Shown: piece after piece, positions 1 through 10,019 of the stretch
Layout of the letters: each line of letters opens with the position of its first letter
Numbering within the stretch: position 1 is the first letter of the stretch
NCBI GenBank assembly: GCA_964386355.1
Contig: CAYLQQ010000003.1
Location: 5,880 to 69,879, forward strand
DNA from: an uncultured Pseudomonadales bacterium
GTDB taxonomy: Bacteria; Patescibacteriota; Microgenomatia; UBA1400; UBA1449
Reading direction: 5' to 3'
DNA length: 64,000 bases
Position numbers and translations under genes: made by a program
Notes under the pieces: model-generated
The model's input: only the letters and a program-made list of their open reading frames with translations
Database searches by the model: none
What the model was told of the DNA's origin: nothing

Positions 1-624
1 GTTATTTAGTAGTTGCCCTACCCTACCAGCTATAAGTCCCATAAACTTACGAAACAGAGCCAAATTGCCAATATTCTTTATCTCTCTTACATCCCGCTCA
101 ATATAGGTAGCGATGTACTGTTCATAATACTGAGGTGGGGGTATTTTACGATCATAAATTGCCGGATAGAAACCGTACCATGCTTGAGAAGGAAATGTTT
201 TTACTGTTAATCCGTTTGTATCCATTTCGGATAAACTGAGAGGGTAAACTGAGTAGTAGGCCGCTCTTCCCGATAGAGTTTGAGATATTTTATCTGATAT
301 TAACAGATTTTGCGAGCCACTAACTATCACTTTCCCCATCTTTTTGTGTTCGTCTACAAAGGCTTGGATATAGGACAACATCTCAGGGTACCTTTGGATT
401 TCGTCAATAAAAATACCTTTAGTGCTATTGTTTAGCATGGCGATGGGATCTGCCATTGCTAGTTGCAAAGTCGAAGGGTTCTCGAGGTTATAATACGCAA
501 ACTCTGGAAAATGATTTTTTATTAAAGTAGTCTTTCCTGATTGTCGGGAGCCTATTACTGCAATTACCGGGAAGTATTTGGAGCCTTGTTTAATTTGAGA
601 TAGAATATCGCGCTGGTATATCAT
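1..624 (-). CDS. AAA+ ATPase of the DUF4143/AAA_14 type (C-terminal part truncated by window edge)
   Basis: Manual reverse translation from ATG (complement of 622-624) gives MIYQRDILSQIKQGSKYFPVIAVIGSRQSGKTTLIKNHFPEF...KGIFIDEIQRYPEMLSYIQAFVDEHKKMGKVIVSGSQNLL. It shows a Walker A (GSRQSGKTT) and Walker B (IFIDEIQ) typical of this family. Absent from the ORF track because it runs off the window. Confidence 0.7.
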   Translation of the reverse strand, partial: MIYQRDILSQIKQGSKYFPVIAVIGSRQSGKTTLIKNHFPEFAYYNLENPSTLQLAMADPIAMLNNSTKGIFIDEIQRYPEMLSYIQAFVDEHKKMGKVIVSGSQNLLISDKISQTLSGRAAYYSVYPLSLSEMDTNGLTVKTFPSQAWYGFYPAIYDRKIPPPQYYEQYIATYIERDVREIKNIGNLALFRKFMGLIAGRVGQLLNN

Positions 625-1003
625 GAAAAGATTATAACTAAATATATGCATTTATGCAAATCGGAAGTAGTAGTACATATTTACATAAATATTAAAAACT
701 GTTAGCCCTTATTTTAGTAGTAAAAGAAGTAACTGGTGAGTCTTAAGATAATACAAAAATTAGTGCTCAAGGGGTTCCAAAATAGCCCTGCCATCTCTGA
801 TAATATTACGCCAGTATACCACTCCCTTCCTTATGGATTACTTTGCAAATATTTCAACATAATACCAGATAGCTTATTACATTGATTATCGAGTTTGGAA
901 TTAAGCGTTTTTAACTTGGTCATCAGTTAGATTTTCTGGTAATTTGTGGAGTAATTATCGACTATGTAAGATACAAAATTATCGCAATAAAAAGGAATGA
1001 ATT

Positions 1004-1399
1004 TCACACCGTTTTTCCCTGCTTTTGTAGGTACTGTTTTACGAAATTGGCTATCTGGCTCGGGGTGTAGTTTGACTTGATCAAGTATTCGACTACTCCA
1101 AGTTCTTTTGCCTTGTGAATCATTGATTGATCTTGCAAATTCGTCAGAATGAGTACAGGAAGATTAGATAGGTCTGGGTTTTCTCTGATTTGCTCGAGCA
1201 CCTGCACTCCGGAAAGCTTGGGCATCATCATGTCCATAATTACAAAATCAGGCGGCAGCTCAGATTTGATTTGCATCAGTGCAGCTTCTCCATCTGAGGC
1301 AACAACCACATCAAAACCTTCGGCTACAAACTTAGTCGAATACATTTTAGCAAGTAGAATATCGTCCTCAACTATAACAAGACGTGGTTTCTCGCTCAT
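1004..1399 (-). CDS. Single-domain response regulator (CheY-like receiver, no output domain)
   Basis: 131 aa with receiver hallmarks (LVIVEDD..., phospho-acceptor D in FVIMDMMMP, conserved T/K region). Stop is TGA, 3 nt downstream of the HK gene. Confidence 0.85.
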   Translation of the reverse strand: MSEKPRLVIVEDDILLAKMYSTKFVAEGFDVVVASDGEAALMQIKSELPPDFVIMDMMMPKLSGVQVLEQIRENPDLSNLPVLILTNLQDQSMIHKAKELGVVEYLIKSNYTPSQIANFVKQYLQKQGKTV

Positions 1400-1402
1400 A
1401 TT

Positions 1403-3529
1403 TTATTTTTTAATTGGTAGTTCAAACCAGAAATTACTTCCCTTACCAAACTCAGATTCAATCCCAATTGTACCACCAAATTTTTCTACTAATAATTTAG
1501 TAATATACAAACCTAATCCAGTCCCCAATGTAGTGCCAGCACTTGATTGTGCCCTATAAAACTTGGTAAACAGTTTGTCTCGCTCATCATCAGCCATACC
1601 TCTGCCTGTATCAGTGATGCTGAATAGAATATAACCCGCTCTGTGGTTTGATAATCTCACTGTAACAGATCCGACATCAGTATACTTAATGGAGTTGCTA
1701 ATCAGATTGGCAACAACCTCATGGATCCTATCTCTATCGACATGCACACTATCCTGAATTCCTTTTTCAATTTCGAGTGAGTACTCCAAAAGCTTGTCTT
1801 TTGCTACAGTAATAAACTCATTGAAACCCTCCTTCACTACCCCAGCAAGATTTATAGTTCCCATTTCAAATACCAGCCGGTTTTCCTCGATCCTACTAAC
1901 ATTGAGCATGTTATTGACCAGCCGTATCTCCCGCTCTGTCCCCTCTAGAGCTCCTTGGATAAATTCCTCCGCTTTTTTAGGAAGTTTACCTGCATCTCCC
2001 TCCATTATCATAGATAAGTAGCCTTTTACGGCGGTTAAGGGCGCCCGCAAGTCATGGGCAGCGACAGAGATAAACTCGTCTTTACGTTTGTCAATATCTT
2101 TAAGTTTGTCATTGGCTTGTTGCAAACGCTCAGTTGCCTCATCTACCTTCTCTTTCAATTCTTCACTAAATTGTTGGATTTTTCGGTAAGCCAGTGTATT
2201 CTCTATGGCTACTGAAACCTGTTGCCCAAATACAGTCATTAGATTTAAGTCTTCGTGATTATATATCTCACCTGAATTTTTCTGTCCAAGTAATAGTATT
2301 CCCAGTTTGCCGGAATCCTTAGTAAACAGGGGAATAATAAGTGAATAATCAGTTTTGTGAAGTATAGAAACCACTCTCTCATCTTTAGCGTCTTCCAAAA
2401 TGATTGGATTTTTTTTATCTAATATATATTTGATATCGCTATACTCAAGATCTGCAGCTGATCCTCCGATCATATTAGTCTTATCATCAAATGGAATTAT
2501 AAAACTTACTTTCTGAATCTTGATTGCACGGACGATAGTTCTGGAGAGTCTATTTGTAAGTTCCTGTAGTTCAATTGTTGAAGCCATGATACGGGTTAGT
2601 TCGTGCAATACTTCATTTGCATTATACGTATGCCTAAAAAATACTCGATCAGTAAGTGATGCAACTCCACTTCTAAGGGATGGAAAGGAAAAAGCAACTA
2701 ATAGCGCCATGAGCGCGGAAATACTAATGCTGGTTTGATTAAATGCCCCGGGAAACAACAGATTACCAACCCCAAATAGAAACAAAACGTACAAAACTGC
2801 TACGAGTAATACTAAAAGTGTATACATGACTGATCTGGCTACCAGCGTTCTAAACTCCAACAGTCTGTGTCGTATGATAGCGTAGGAAACAATGCTGAGA
2901 AATATAGCAATGTAAATGGGTAATAGTGGTACAAAAGTGCCGTTTTTAAATACAACTGGAAAAATAAAATTAAAGACTAGAATAAGAGTGAAAAGAACAA
3001 AAAAAGCAAAAAATACATATAAGATCCTACTCCTATCTAATCCCTTTAAACGCTTAAATTTAAGCAATATAGATAGAAGCCCTGCAAATACCAAACCGAT
3101 GGTATGCAAACCAAATAGAGGCATGAGTGGTCCAGCCTCAGGAGTAACTACGTTCTGAGCTCCGATTTGTATGGAAACAAATATGGCTGGAGTAAATGCG
3201 ATCACAAACAGAGCTGATGTTATGCTTGTTAAAACATAGACAAGCCAAGGTTTTACCTTTACTTCACGGTCAGGAAATACTGATAAAAATAGGAAAACAA
3301 GCAGATTAATAATAGCGGCGTTAGCCATGATAAAACGGGCAAAAAAGAGCCGCAGTTCATAAGTAGGTAAGACATATACTTGAGAGTTAATGACTAGGTA
3401 GCTGGTTAAAAAAATGATCAGGAGGGCAAACAGGCGGTTCGTCCACGATTTTGGGTTATTTTTATATACCCATATGGCTAGTGGTATATTGATAGTGGTA
3501 AAAATTGCCAGAATAAGATTTGGATCCAT
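1403..3529 (-). CDS. Sensor histidine kinase: ~8 predicted TM helices, GAF-like domain, HisKA, HATPase_c
   Basis: 708 aa. The N-terminal ~290 aa are very hydrophobic with multiple TM segments. H-box FISVAAHDLRAPLT, N/G boxes (SNSIKYT, DTGRGM, GTGLGL). Confidence 0.85.
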   Translation of the reverse strand: MDPNLILAIFTTINIPLAIWVYKNNPKSWTNRLFALLIIFLTSYLVINSQVYVLPTYELRLFFARFIMANAAIINLLVFLFLSVFPDREVKVKPWLVYVLTSITSALFVIAFTPAIFVSIQIGAQNVVTPEAGPLMPLFGLHTIGLVFAGLLSILLKFKRLKGLDRSRILYVFFAFFVLFTLILVFNFIFPVVFKNGTFVPLLPIYIAIFLSIVSYAIIRHRLLEFRTLVARSVMYTLLVLLVAVLYVLFLFGVGNLLFPGAFNQTSISISALMALLVAFSFPSLRSGVASLTDRVFFRHTYNANEVLHELTRIMASTIELQELTNRLSRTIVRAIKIQKVSFIIPFDDKTNMIGGSAADLEYSDIKYILDKKNPIILEDAKDERVVSILHKTDYSLIIPLFTKDSGKLGILLLGQKNSGEIYNHEDLNLMTVFGQQVSVAIENTLAYRKIQQFSEELKEKVDEATERLQQANDKLKDIDKRKDEFISVAAHDLRAPLTAVKGYLSMIMEGDAGKLPKKAEEFIQGALEGTEREIRLVNNMLNVSRIEENRLVFEMGTINLAGVVKEGFNEFITVAKDKLLEYSLEIEKGIQDSVHVDRDRIHEVVANLISNSIKYTDVGSVTVRLSNHRAGYILFSITDTGRGMADDERDKLFTKFYRAQSSAGTTLGTGLGLYITKLLVEKFGGTIGIESEFGKGSNFWFELPIKK

Positions 3530-3580
3530 AAAAACAGTGTAGCAAGCTCGCCTATATGCTGCAACGACAGAGTCTTATCT

Positions 3581-4639
3581 TTATCTCAAAATCTGTTCAA
3601 GGTTAATAAAACTTCTCATGGATTTGTTATGTTTTCCACGTAAAACATCAGATGCAACCTTTGTAATGGCAGCCGAAAAAAGTTGTGTGGCTGTGATAAG
3701 TTGCGGATACCCTGTTAGGTTTGTACCTACATCCAAAACGCTCTCAAGCATTTGCGGGCTATGGTATTCTCGACCAATAATGTTTATGAATACATTGGTT
3801 TTATCCTCAGGTTTAGTAACCGGCTTGCTCAATACGTTTTCATCAAACCCATTAAGGTAATACCTTGAATTAAGATCGGGCTCTATATCATATCGCTCGA
3901 CAATTACTAAACAGCCATTTGCAATATCAAAACCAGATAACACCGGTTTTTTAAACTGCTTAGCTATATGTCTCAAAGCTAATTTGATCTTAAAATTATC
4001 AAAACAGTCAATGATTATGTTCGTATTCTGAACAAAATCACTTAGACTTTCCTCATCAAGTCCCGCATTCCAGCATTCGATCTCAAGATATGGATCGACT
4101 CTGAGCATCTGATTGGCAATTAGTTCAGTTTTTTTCGTCCCGATATCTTTTAAAAAGTACTGTGCCCTATTGAGGTTGTGCGGATCAACAGTATCCATAT
4201 CGGCAATTTTAAATCTGTTGCCGATTCCAAACCGCACAAAAGCCATAGCTACATTACTACCAACACTTAAACCCGCAATGGCTATGTTCGCATGGTATAG
4301 CTGCTCTTGCTCTTCTCTATCTATAAGATTACGGTTCCTAACAGAACGGAGATGAAGTAAATCGAGCTGTTTAGGGAGATGATATACCTCTTGTAGCTCA
4401 TCAAGTACAAGCCATACTCCCATTTGAAAATCCTTCTTCTTGCCCAGGTGCTTTTGATATTTCATTTCACAGCGTTTTTGTCTGTCATTTGCAAAATACA
4501 CTGCAGGATCACCAACCGCAAAACGCTCCAGCATGAGCTGATGATAGAGATCGAAGATACTATAGTTCTGCTTGGTATAATGGGTAATAAAGTCCTGATA
4601 TTGTTTTTGGCTTGACAGGTTTTGAATGTGTTTTTTCAT
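3581..4639 (-). CDS. ThiF/MoeB/E1-like adenylyltransferase-fold protein with ~110-aa N-terminal extension
   Basis: Rossmann nucleotide motif IAGLSVGSNVAMAFVRFGIGN and E1 signature DMDTVDPHNLNRAQYF. Start abuts the stop of the upstream ligase gene (4640). Confidence 0.7.
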   Translation of the reverse strand: MKKHIQNLSSQKQYQDFITHYTKQNYSIFDLYHQLMLERFAVGDPAVYFANDRQKRCEMKYQKHLGKKKDFQMGVWLVLDELQEVYHLPKQLDLLHLRSVRNRNLIDREEQEQLYHANIAIAGLSVGSNVAMAFVRFGIGNRFKIADMDTVDPHNLNRAQYFLKDIGTKKTELIANQMLRVDPYLEIECWNAGLDEESLSDFVQNTNIIIDCFDNFKIKLALRHIAKQFKKPVLSGFDIANGCLVIVERYDIEPDLNSRYYLNGFDENVLSKPVTKPEDKTNVFINIIGREYHSPQMLESVLDVGTNLTGYPQLITATQLFSAAITKVASDVLRGKHNKSMRSFINLEQILR

Positions 4640-6019
4640 TTAGATAAAATGCCTGAACTTACCCAGTTTGACCCAATTAGGATCTTCAATGGGAAATTCG
4701 ACGCGAAAGCGTTCGATCTTTATGCCTTTTTGAACCATACGAAAATCCGGATTTACTTTCATTAGATGTTTATAAAATTCCCTGATAAACTGCCTGCTCT
4801 CTAATTTAGTCATCTCATACCCGTCTTTTAGGTATACTACTAGATTAAGCCTGTTTTTTAGGCCTTTATCTTCCAGTCCATACTGAAAATTACCAGAGAA
4901 CCGGTTCGCAAAGACTGACATTTCCAGACAATACTGCACGTCATCTACATAAATATTATTAAGCAGCCTGACTGCATCTGCCCTGCCATGTACATAGACG
5001 TAGTGTTTACCATTAAGCTCTGAAATTTCTTTTTCACCATGTTCCTTGAGTATATGATTGATCGTTGTCCCGCTTAGCAGGCCTCCCCGATCATTCATAT
5101 CATAACGGATTAGAGGTACTGGTTGCTTGGCCGTCACAATAATATGGTTATCTATCTCCTCAAGAAATTTCACCTCCGGATTATATTCAACCAGGGTGGG
5201 AGGATTTGGGTCCTTAAATAGAGCTTCACAGAGATTTTTACTTCGATACGCTTTTTCTAGAACATCAACAATTTCCCTGGTTTCAATCCCGATAATACCC
5301 GTCTCCGAACAGGCATAAAACCCCATCACATCATACCTAGATCTGGTACCACTTACACGCCTAACCAGGCTATTGCGCTGTTTCTCAGATACCCGAGCGC
5401 TAGTATAGTGAATCTTGGTATTAATTTCAGAAAAATCAAATTTATGTAGGGACCCATACTCGAGTAGATCAACAATAAACGGCGGATAGCCGGTAATGAT
5501 CGTCTGATCATAGTGCTTACCCAAAGCCTTAATGACATTGAATGCCACAACTTTATCAAGTCCGGGAGTGACAACGGAAAGTTTATGTCCTGGTGATGTT
5601 TCCCAGCATAGTTTTGAGGTAAACATCCCAGCTGTCCAAGCTCCCAACCCAAAGGTAACCACCACCAATGTCTTTTTGCTTTCAATATCAAAAAGTCTTT
5701 GATACATAGCTTTATTGAGTTCAGTAACTCGCTTATCAGCTTCAAAATCTCGAGGCCAGCTTGTCGGTTCACCCGTGCTGCCGGAACTAAAACACACCAT
5801 ATAGTAATCAGCAATCTCCTTATCGCTATACAGCCGATCTTCAATGGCATACGTTTCGAGATAATTGTGTTTATTCGTCAGGGGAAGATCTGTAAAATTC
5901 TCTGTAGTGCTGATTTGTGAAGGCATGATATGTTGCTCATACAAGAACTTTTTATATGCTTTGCAACTGCTGCATACAGTGGAGTAGAGTTCAAATGCTT
6001 TTTGTAATCCTGCCTGCAT
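4640..6019 (-). CDS. Adenylate-forming enzyme of the phenylacetate-CoA ligase / CapK / coenzyme F390 synthetase-like family
   Basis: ANL-superfamily phosphate-binding motif FSSGSTGEPT and an IRYDMNDRG motif resembling the YRTGD box. 459 aa, the size of PaaK-like enzymes. 3-nt gap to the upstream MIO gene. Confidence 0.65.
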   Translation of the reverse strand: MQAGLQKAFELYSTVCSSCKAYKKFLYEQHIMPSQISTTENFTDLPLTNKHNYLETYAIEDRLYSDKEIADYYMVCFSSGSTGEPTSWPRDFEADKRVTELNKAMYQRLFDIESKKTLVVVTFGLGAWTAGMFTSKLCWETSPGHKLSVVTPGLDKVVAFNVIKALGKHYDQTIITGYPPFIVDLLEYGSLHKFDFSEINTKIHYTSARVSEKQRNSLVRRVSGTRSRYDVMGFYACSETGIIGIETREIVDVLEKAYRSKNLCEALFKDPNPPTLVEYNPEVKFLEEIDNHIIVTAKQPVPLIRYDMNDRGGLLSGTTINHILKEHGEKEISELNGKHYVYVHGRADAVRLLNNIYVDDVQYCLEMSVFANRFSGNFQYGLEDKGLKNRLNLVVYLKDGYEMTKLESRQFIREFYKHLMKVNPDFRMVQKGIKIERFRVEFPIEDPNWVKLGKFRHFI

Positions 6020-6022
6020 ACC

Positions 6023-7699
6023 TTAATCAAGTAATGAAATTAGTAATGTTCTAAATGTATCAGTTTTTAGTTTTTCTGCTACCAATTCAATGTAGGGTCC
6101 CAAAGGCATTTCTTTTTTTATAAAGGGAACCTCTTTACGGATCTGTTCATATACCTGTTTAGTTACGGGAGACAGTTTTTTGGGACCATCGCGAAGATCA
6201 ATAGCCTGCATCAAGGCAATCAGAAGTTGGGCCAGTGAGTACCAGGTTACTTGTAAGTTTTCCCTGCCTAAGATACCAGATGTCATAGCATGAGAAGTCA
6301 CGTCCTGATTGTTTTGTTCGTGAACACCAAAAAGTGTAGAAACTGGTGTTGCCAACACCATAGAATAAACATCAAACATACCTGCTTGTGCCTGAATACC
6401 TTTAAAAGTGCACTGTGAAATTGCATCCTGGTGTGAAAGATTAGCAGGTAGACCGTTATTTTCATGAGGGTCAATGAGTTTTGACAGATGTCTGTCATTA
6501 ATTTTAACTACATGAGTTAATATTTTTCGCAACGTATCAGTAACTTCAACCATATACTCAGCCAGGAAATTTCCTCCGCTAACCCATTGCCCAGCTGTTT
6601 CACCTGCCAAAGCATACTCTTCAGTAACCCATAAAGGATTATCAGAGGCTCCGTTAGCATTTGTTTCAATCACGTCTAGTGCCCACTTAACACGCTCCCA
6701 CGAAATACCCAAAAATTGGGCTTGGCAACGCAAACTGTATACATCCTGAACTTTACGTCCTTCAACATGAGGTAAAAGTTCCTGCAATTCATCTCTCACA
6801 TATTTGCTGCCCCCAAGCACTCGTCTCAGTATTGCTGAAACTTCAATTTGCCCACTATGTGCCCGAACTTGAGACAACATGGGGTGTAATGATCTATTAG
6901 TACCCTCAAGAGCCTCTATAACCATAGATCCGGTTATCACCTGAGTTAAGAGTACAAAAACTGTTTCGCGAGCTAAATGAAAAGCACTTGCAGTTGAAAA
7001 ATTATCTCCATTGACCAATCCCAATCCCGTTTTGGGGTCAAGTACAAGGGTTTTAAATTTGTGATTTTTAAGTGCGGTTGGACCATCTTCAAAACCATAC
7101 TTTCCCCAAACCTTGGTGCCTGGCAGCTGCCGCATCAAACTGAGAACTCTCCCGTTTTGAGGTAGATCTCCTGAGGCTCCTAAGCCTCCATAACTACCAA
7201 CCACAGGAATAATGTCATGGTTTAATAACTGACAAAACATATCAATATCGGCAATCTTAACTGCACTAACTCCCTTTAACAGCATGTTTGCCCTGATTCC
7301 CATTGCAGCCCGAGTTATTTCTTTAGGTACGGCTGGACCTGTGGACACATCTACATGAACGATGCTTTCAGAAATACGTCTAGCCTGATCCAAACGCTGT
7401 GTTTTTGTACCTTTATTTAGAACCAAATTAGCCTGACCACCATAGCCCGTATTAATACCATACATGGGAATTCCCCGAAAAACATGGTCCATCATATGCT
7501 CATAACAATCCATGACTCGTTTCAAAACATTACTGTCTTCTGTGACCCTAACTGTAGAAGAATTACGAGCGATACTATTTATTTCTTGTAATTTCAGGTG
7601 AGATCCGTCAAGTATTACCTCTTTGGTGCGTTCCTGTAGCTGTTTAGCACACTCAGAAAGAGTGTAATTTTGATAAGTAGACTTATTTTGGAATTTCAT
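6023..7699 (-). CDS. MIO-dependent aromatic amino-acid ammonia-lyase/aminomutase (HAL/PAL/TAL family)
   Basis: 558 aa. Ala-Ser-Gly MIO-forming triad in GGLGASGDLPQNGRV, and N-terminal MYGINTGYGG motif matching YGxxTGFG of HAL/PAL. First gene of the 5-gene operon. A promoter region and upstream terminator lie at 7700-7880. Confidence 0.8.
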   Translation of the reverse strand: MKFQNKSTYQNYTLSECAKQLQERTKEVILDGSHLKLQEINSIARNSSTVRVTEDSNVLKRVMDCYEHMMDHVFRGIPMYGINTGYGGQANLVLNKGTKTQRLDQARRISESIVHVDVSTGPAVPKEITRAAMGIRANMLLKGVSAVKIADIDMFCQLLNHDIIPVVGSYGGLGASGDLPQNGRVLSLMRQLPGTKVWGKYGFEDGPTALKNHKFKTLVLDPKTGLGLVNGDNFSTASAFHLARETVFVLLTQVITGSMVIEALEGTNRSLHPMLSQVRAHSGQIEVSAILRRVLGGSKYVRDELQELLPHVEGRKVQDVYSLRCQAQFLGISWERVKWALDVIETNANGASDNPLWVTEEYALAGETAGQWVSGGNFLAEYMVEVTDTLRKILTHVVKINDRHLSKLIDPHENNGLPANLSHQDAISQCTFKGIQAQAGMFDVYSMVLATPVSTLFGVHEQNNQDVTSHAMTSGILGRENLQVTWYSLAQLLIALMQAIDLRDGPKKLSPVTKQVYEQIRKEVPFIKKEMPLGPYIELVAEKLKTDTFRTLLISLLD

Positions 7700-7842
7700 A
7701 GCTGTAGTTTTGTTCTATATGACTTATTAAGAAACACCTTTTAGCTTATAGGATTTGATTCTAAACTTCAACAGATACAAACTGGCATAGTTTGATAATA
7801 ATGCAGCTTTTACTACTAACTAAGTATTTATTGGTATACACA

Positions 7843-7878
7843 AAAAAAATAGCCTCCCACAAATTGAGAGGCTATTTT
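7843..7878. terminator. Bidirectional rho-independent terminator hairpin (tagcctc...gaggcta) with A-run on one side and T-run on the other
   Basis: aaaaaaaa TAGCCTC ccacaaattga GAGGCTA tttt. On the minus strand it terminates the rpsA/small-ORF transcript upstream of the MIO operon promoter. Confidence 0.6.
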
Positions 7879-7900
7879 AATTGATTACATATGTTACCGG

Positions 7901-8050
7901 TTACTCTTCATCCGTTTTCATCGATTCCCAGTTAGCTTCCAGTTCCTGTTCCACCTTTTCCCAATTGCCCTCCTCTTGCCTAATAGCTTTGAACACTAGT
8001 CTAAAGTCGATGAGGATGGTTTTATCAGTTACAATCATTTTTTGACTCAT
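7901..8050 (-). CDS. Small 49-aa acidic protein, translationally coupled to rpsA
   Basis: Encodes MSQKMIVTDKTILIDFRLVFKAIRQEEGNWEKVEQELEANWESMKTDEE. AGGAGA Shine-Dalgarno sits 5 nt upstream, overlapping the rpsA stop. Below the ORF-track size cutoff. Confidence 0.35.
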   Translation of the reverse strand: MSQKMIVTDKTILIDFRLVFKAIRQEEGNWEKVEQELEANWESMKTDEE

Positions 8051-8059
8051 ATCGTCTCC

Positions 8060-9523
8060 TTACTTGTAACCTACTGGTTTAGCAGATAAAACTACACCAA
8101 GGCTGATACGGTGATTCTCTTTATCTAAAGATTCGATATACACATCAACATTGTCACCGATTTTAATATCCATATCCGATGGGAACTTGGATACGTGGAT
8201 CAATCCCTCAATTCCTTTTTCTATCTCGACAAAAGCACCGAATGCTGCCAGTCTGGTAACTTTCCCTTTAACCTTAGCGTCCACAGGGAACCTGGTCGCA
8301 ATCTCATCCCATGGATCAGATGACAAACGTTTGATAGAAAGATTGAGCTTACCGGTCTTGCGGTCTACTTCAATAACCTGGACGGTTACCATATCTCCCA
8401 CTTTATAAAGCCTGGTAACATCGTTGACCTTTTCCCATGACAGCTCAGAAATATGTACCAAACCATCCAAGAAGGCGCCTATTTCCTGATCGTCTTCTAA
8501 AAAGACACGCACAAATATACCAAAAGCCATCACACCAGATACCTGTCCCTTGTACTTGTTACCCACCTTAACGGTAGTCAACATATCCTGCTGGTGACTG
8601 ATAACTTCTGATTCAGATACAGCTTTCTCTGAAAAAATAAGCCGGTTCTTCTCACGGTCAACTTCGATCACTTTTACTGGAAATACCTTGTTGTACAGTT
8701 GATCGAGTTTACCCATCCACTGGCGACCGAACTGGGATACGGGAATAAACCCACGCACATTCATGAGCCGTGCAATCATACCGCCACGGTTGATATCCAA
8801 ACCACGTACCTCAACTGTTTCTCCCATATCCATATACTTTTGGAACAAGGACCATTTCCAATCATTGGCAGCCCTGGCCAACGATATAAGAATCTGGCCT
8901 TTTTCATTTTCAGGAGATACAACAGTTGCTTTTACAATATCTCCTACTTCCAAAAAGCGGATATAGTCTTCGACAAGCTCCATCTCTTTTTCAAGCAGAA
9001 TACCTTCAGTCTTAGCACCAATATCAAAAAACAGCGTTTTCTTGTTTTTATCAGTGATTGTTGCCTTGACTTCCTGACCTTTTTTAAGTCCCTGCAACTC
9101 ATATCCGGTCATAGAAAACAGTTCTTCCATTGAATTGGGAAGTTCGGTCAGGTCTTTCAACTCATGATTGACGGTTTTTTCAACCAGGGTCTCTTTAATG
9201 ACCTGAAGCGCTAAGCTCTCATCAAGATTATTTTCTGTTGGTGCTTGAGTTTTCTTTTCTGTTGGTTTTGATTCCGTTTTCTTTGCCTTTTTCTCGACTT
9301 TTATACGCTTCTCTTCAGAAACTACATCATCTGCCTTGACGACTTGTTCAACGGTTTCCATAACTGTTTTCTTTGTCTTTTTTGCAGATTTTGTTTCAGC
9401 ATTTTTAGCTGTTTTGACTTCCTTCTTTACTGCTGTTTTCTTTGGAGATTTTTTTACTACCTCCTCTGTATCAGATTTTTTTATTTTTTTTGTTTTTGCT
9501 ATTGCTGGCATAATAAAATCCAC
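8060..9523 (-). CDS. rpsA: 30S ribosomal protein S1 (four S1 domains) with ~110-aa lysine/alanine-rich N-terminal extension
   Basis: Repeated S1-domain motifs (GxV.G.V..I...G.FV.L..G..G..H.S). N-terminus KKxK-rich and low-complexity. Confidence 0.8.
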   Translation of the reverse strand: MDFIMPAIAKTKKIKKSDTEEVVKKSPKKTAVKKEVKTAKNAETKSAKKTKKTVMETVEQVVKADDVVSEEKRIKVEKKAKKTESKPTEKKTQAPTENNLDESLALQVIKETLVEKTVNHELKDLTELPNSMEELFSMTGYELQGLKKGQEVKATITDKNKKTLFFDIGAKTEGILLEKEMELVEDYIRFLEVGDIVKATVVSPENEKGQILISLARAANDWKWSLFQKYMDMGETVEVRGLDINRGGMIARLMNVRGFIPVSQFGRQWMGKLDQLYNKVFPVKVIEVDREKNRLIFSEKAVSESEVISHQQDMLTTVKVGNKYKGQVSGVMAFGIFVRVFLEDDQEIGAFLDGLVHISELSWEKVNDVTRLYKVGDMVTVQVIEVDRKTGKLNLSIKRLSSDPWDEIATRFPVDAKVKGKVTRLAAFGAFVEIEKGIEGLIHVSKFPSDMDIKIGDNVDVYIESLDKENHRISLGVVLSAKPVGYK

Positions 9524-9641
9524 CTTTCTTTAGAGTTACTACTGCTCCCAACTTCAATAATTACATTGTCGGGTATGGCAATAGTACTTGGGTATTATAG
9601 CAGAAAAATAAAGAAGCAGGCTTAATAATTTACGCACCAAA

Positions 9642-10019
9642 CTAAATAAGGTATTCCAAAAAAGTGATAAAGCCATTAAAAATAGAACGAAGAATGGGAA
9701 TAGATGCTGGAAGCAAAATAATAAGTAATATCAACCATAGTATATTACGTTTTATAAGGTCCAAAAACCAAAACACAAGCGTTAAAAACAGGATCAGGGA
9801 AATAATCCACTGGACTCCCGGTGGAAATATACTAATAAAATTGTCATATATGGAAATAAGTTGGTCAAAGAGTGCCATAAGTACAACAGAAACAAAATGT
9901 AATACTGATACCCGAAATGGTATTGTACTCAGTATATCACGCCAATTTAAAAACACATGAGGTTTGGGTAATATCCGTATGAAAAAACCTATTTCGCGTA
10001 GCTCTCCAGATACCCACAA
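9642..10019 (-). CDS. Small hydrophobic membrane protein, hypothetical
   Basis: 125 aa, 3-4 predicted TM segments. No recognisable motif. Confidence 0.35.
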   Translation of the reverse strand: MWVSGELREIGFFIRILPKPHVFLNWRDILSTIPFRVSVLHFVSVVLMALFDQLISIYDNFISIFPPGVQWIISLILFLTLVFWFLDLIKRNILWLILLIILLPASIPILRSIFNGFITFLEYLI

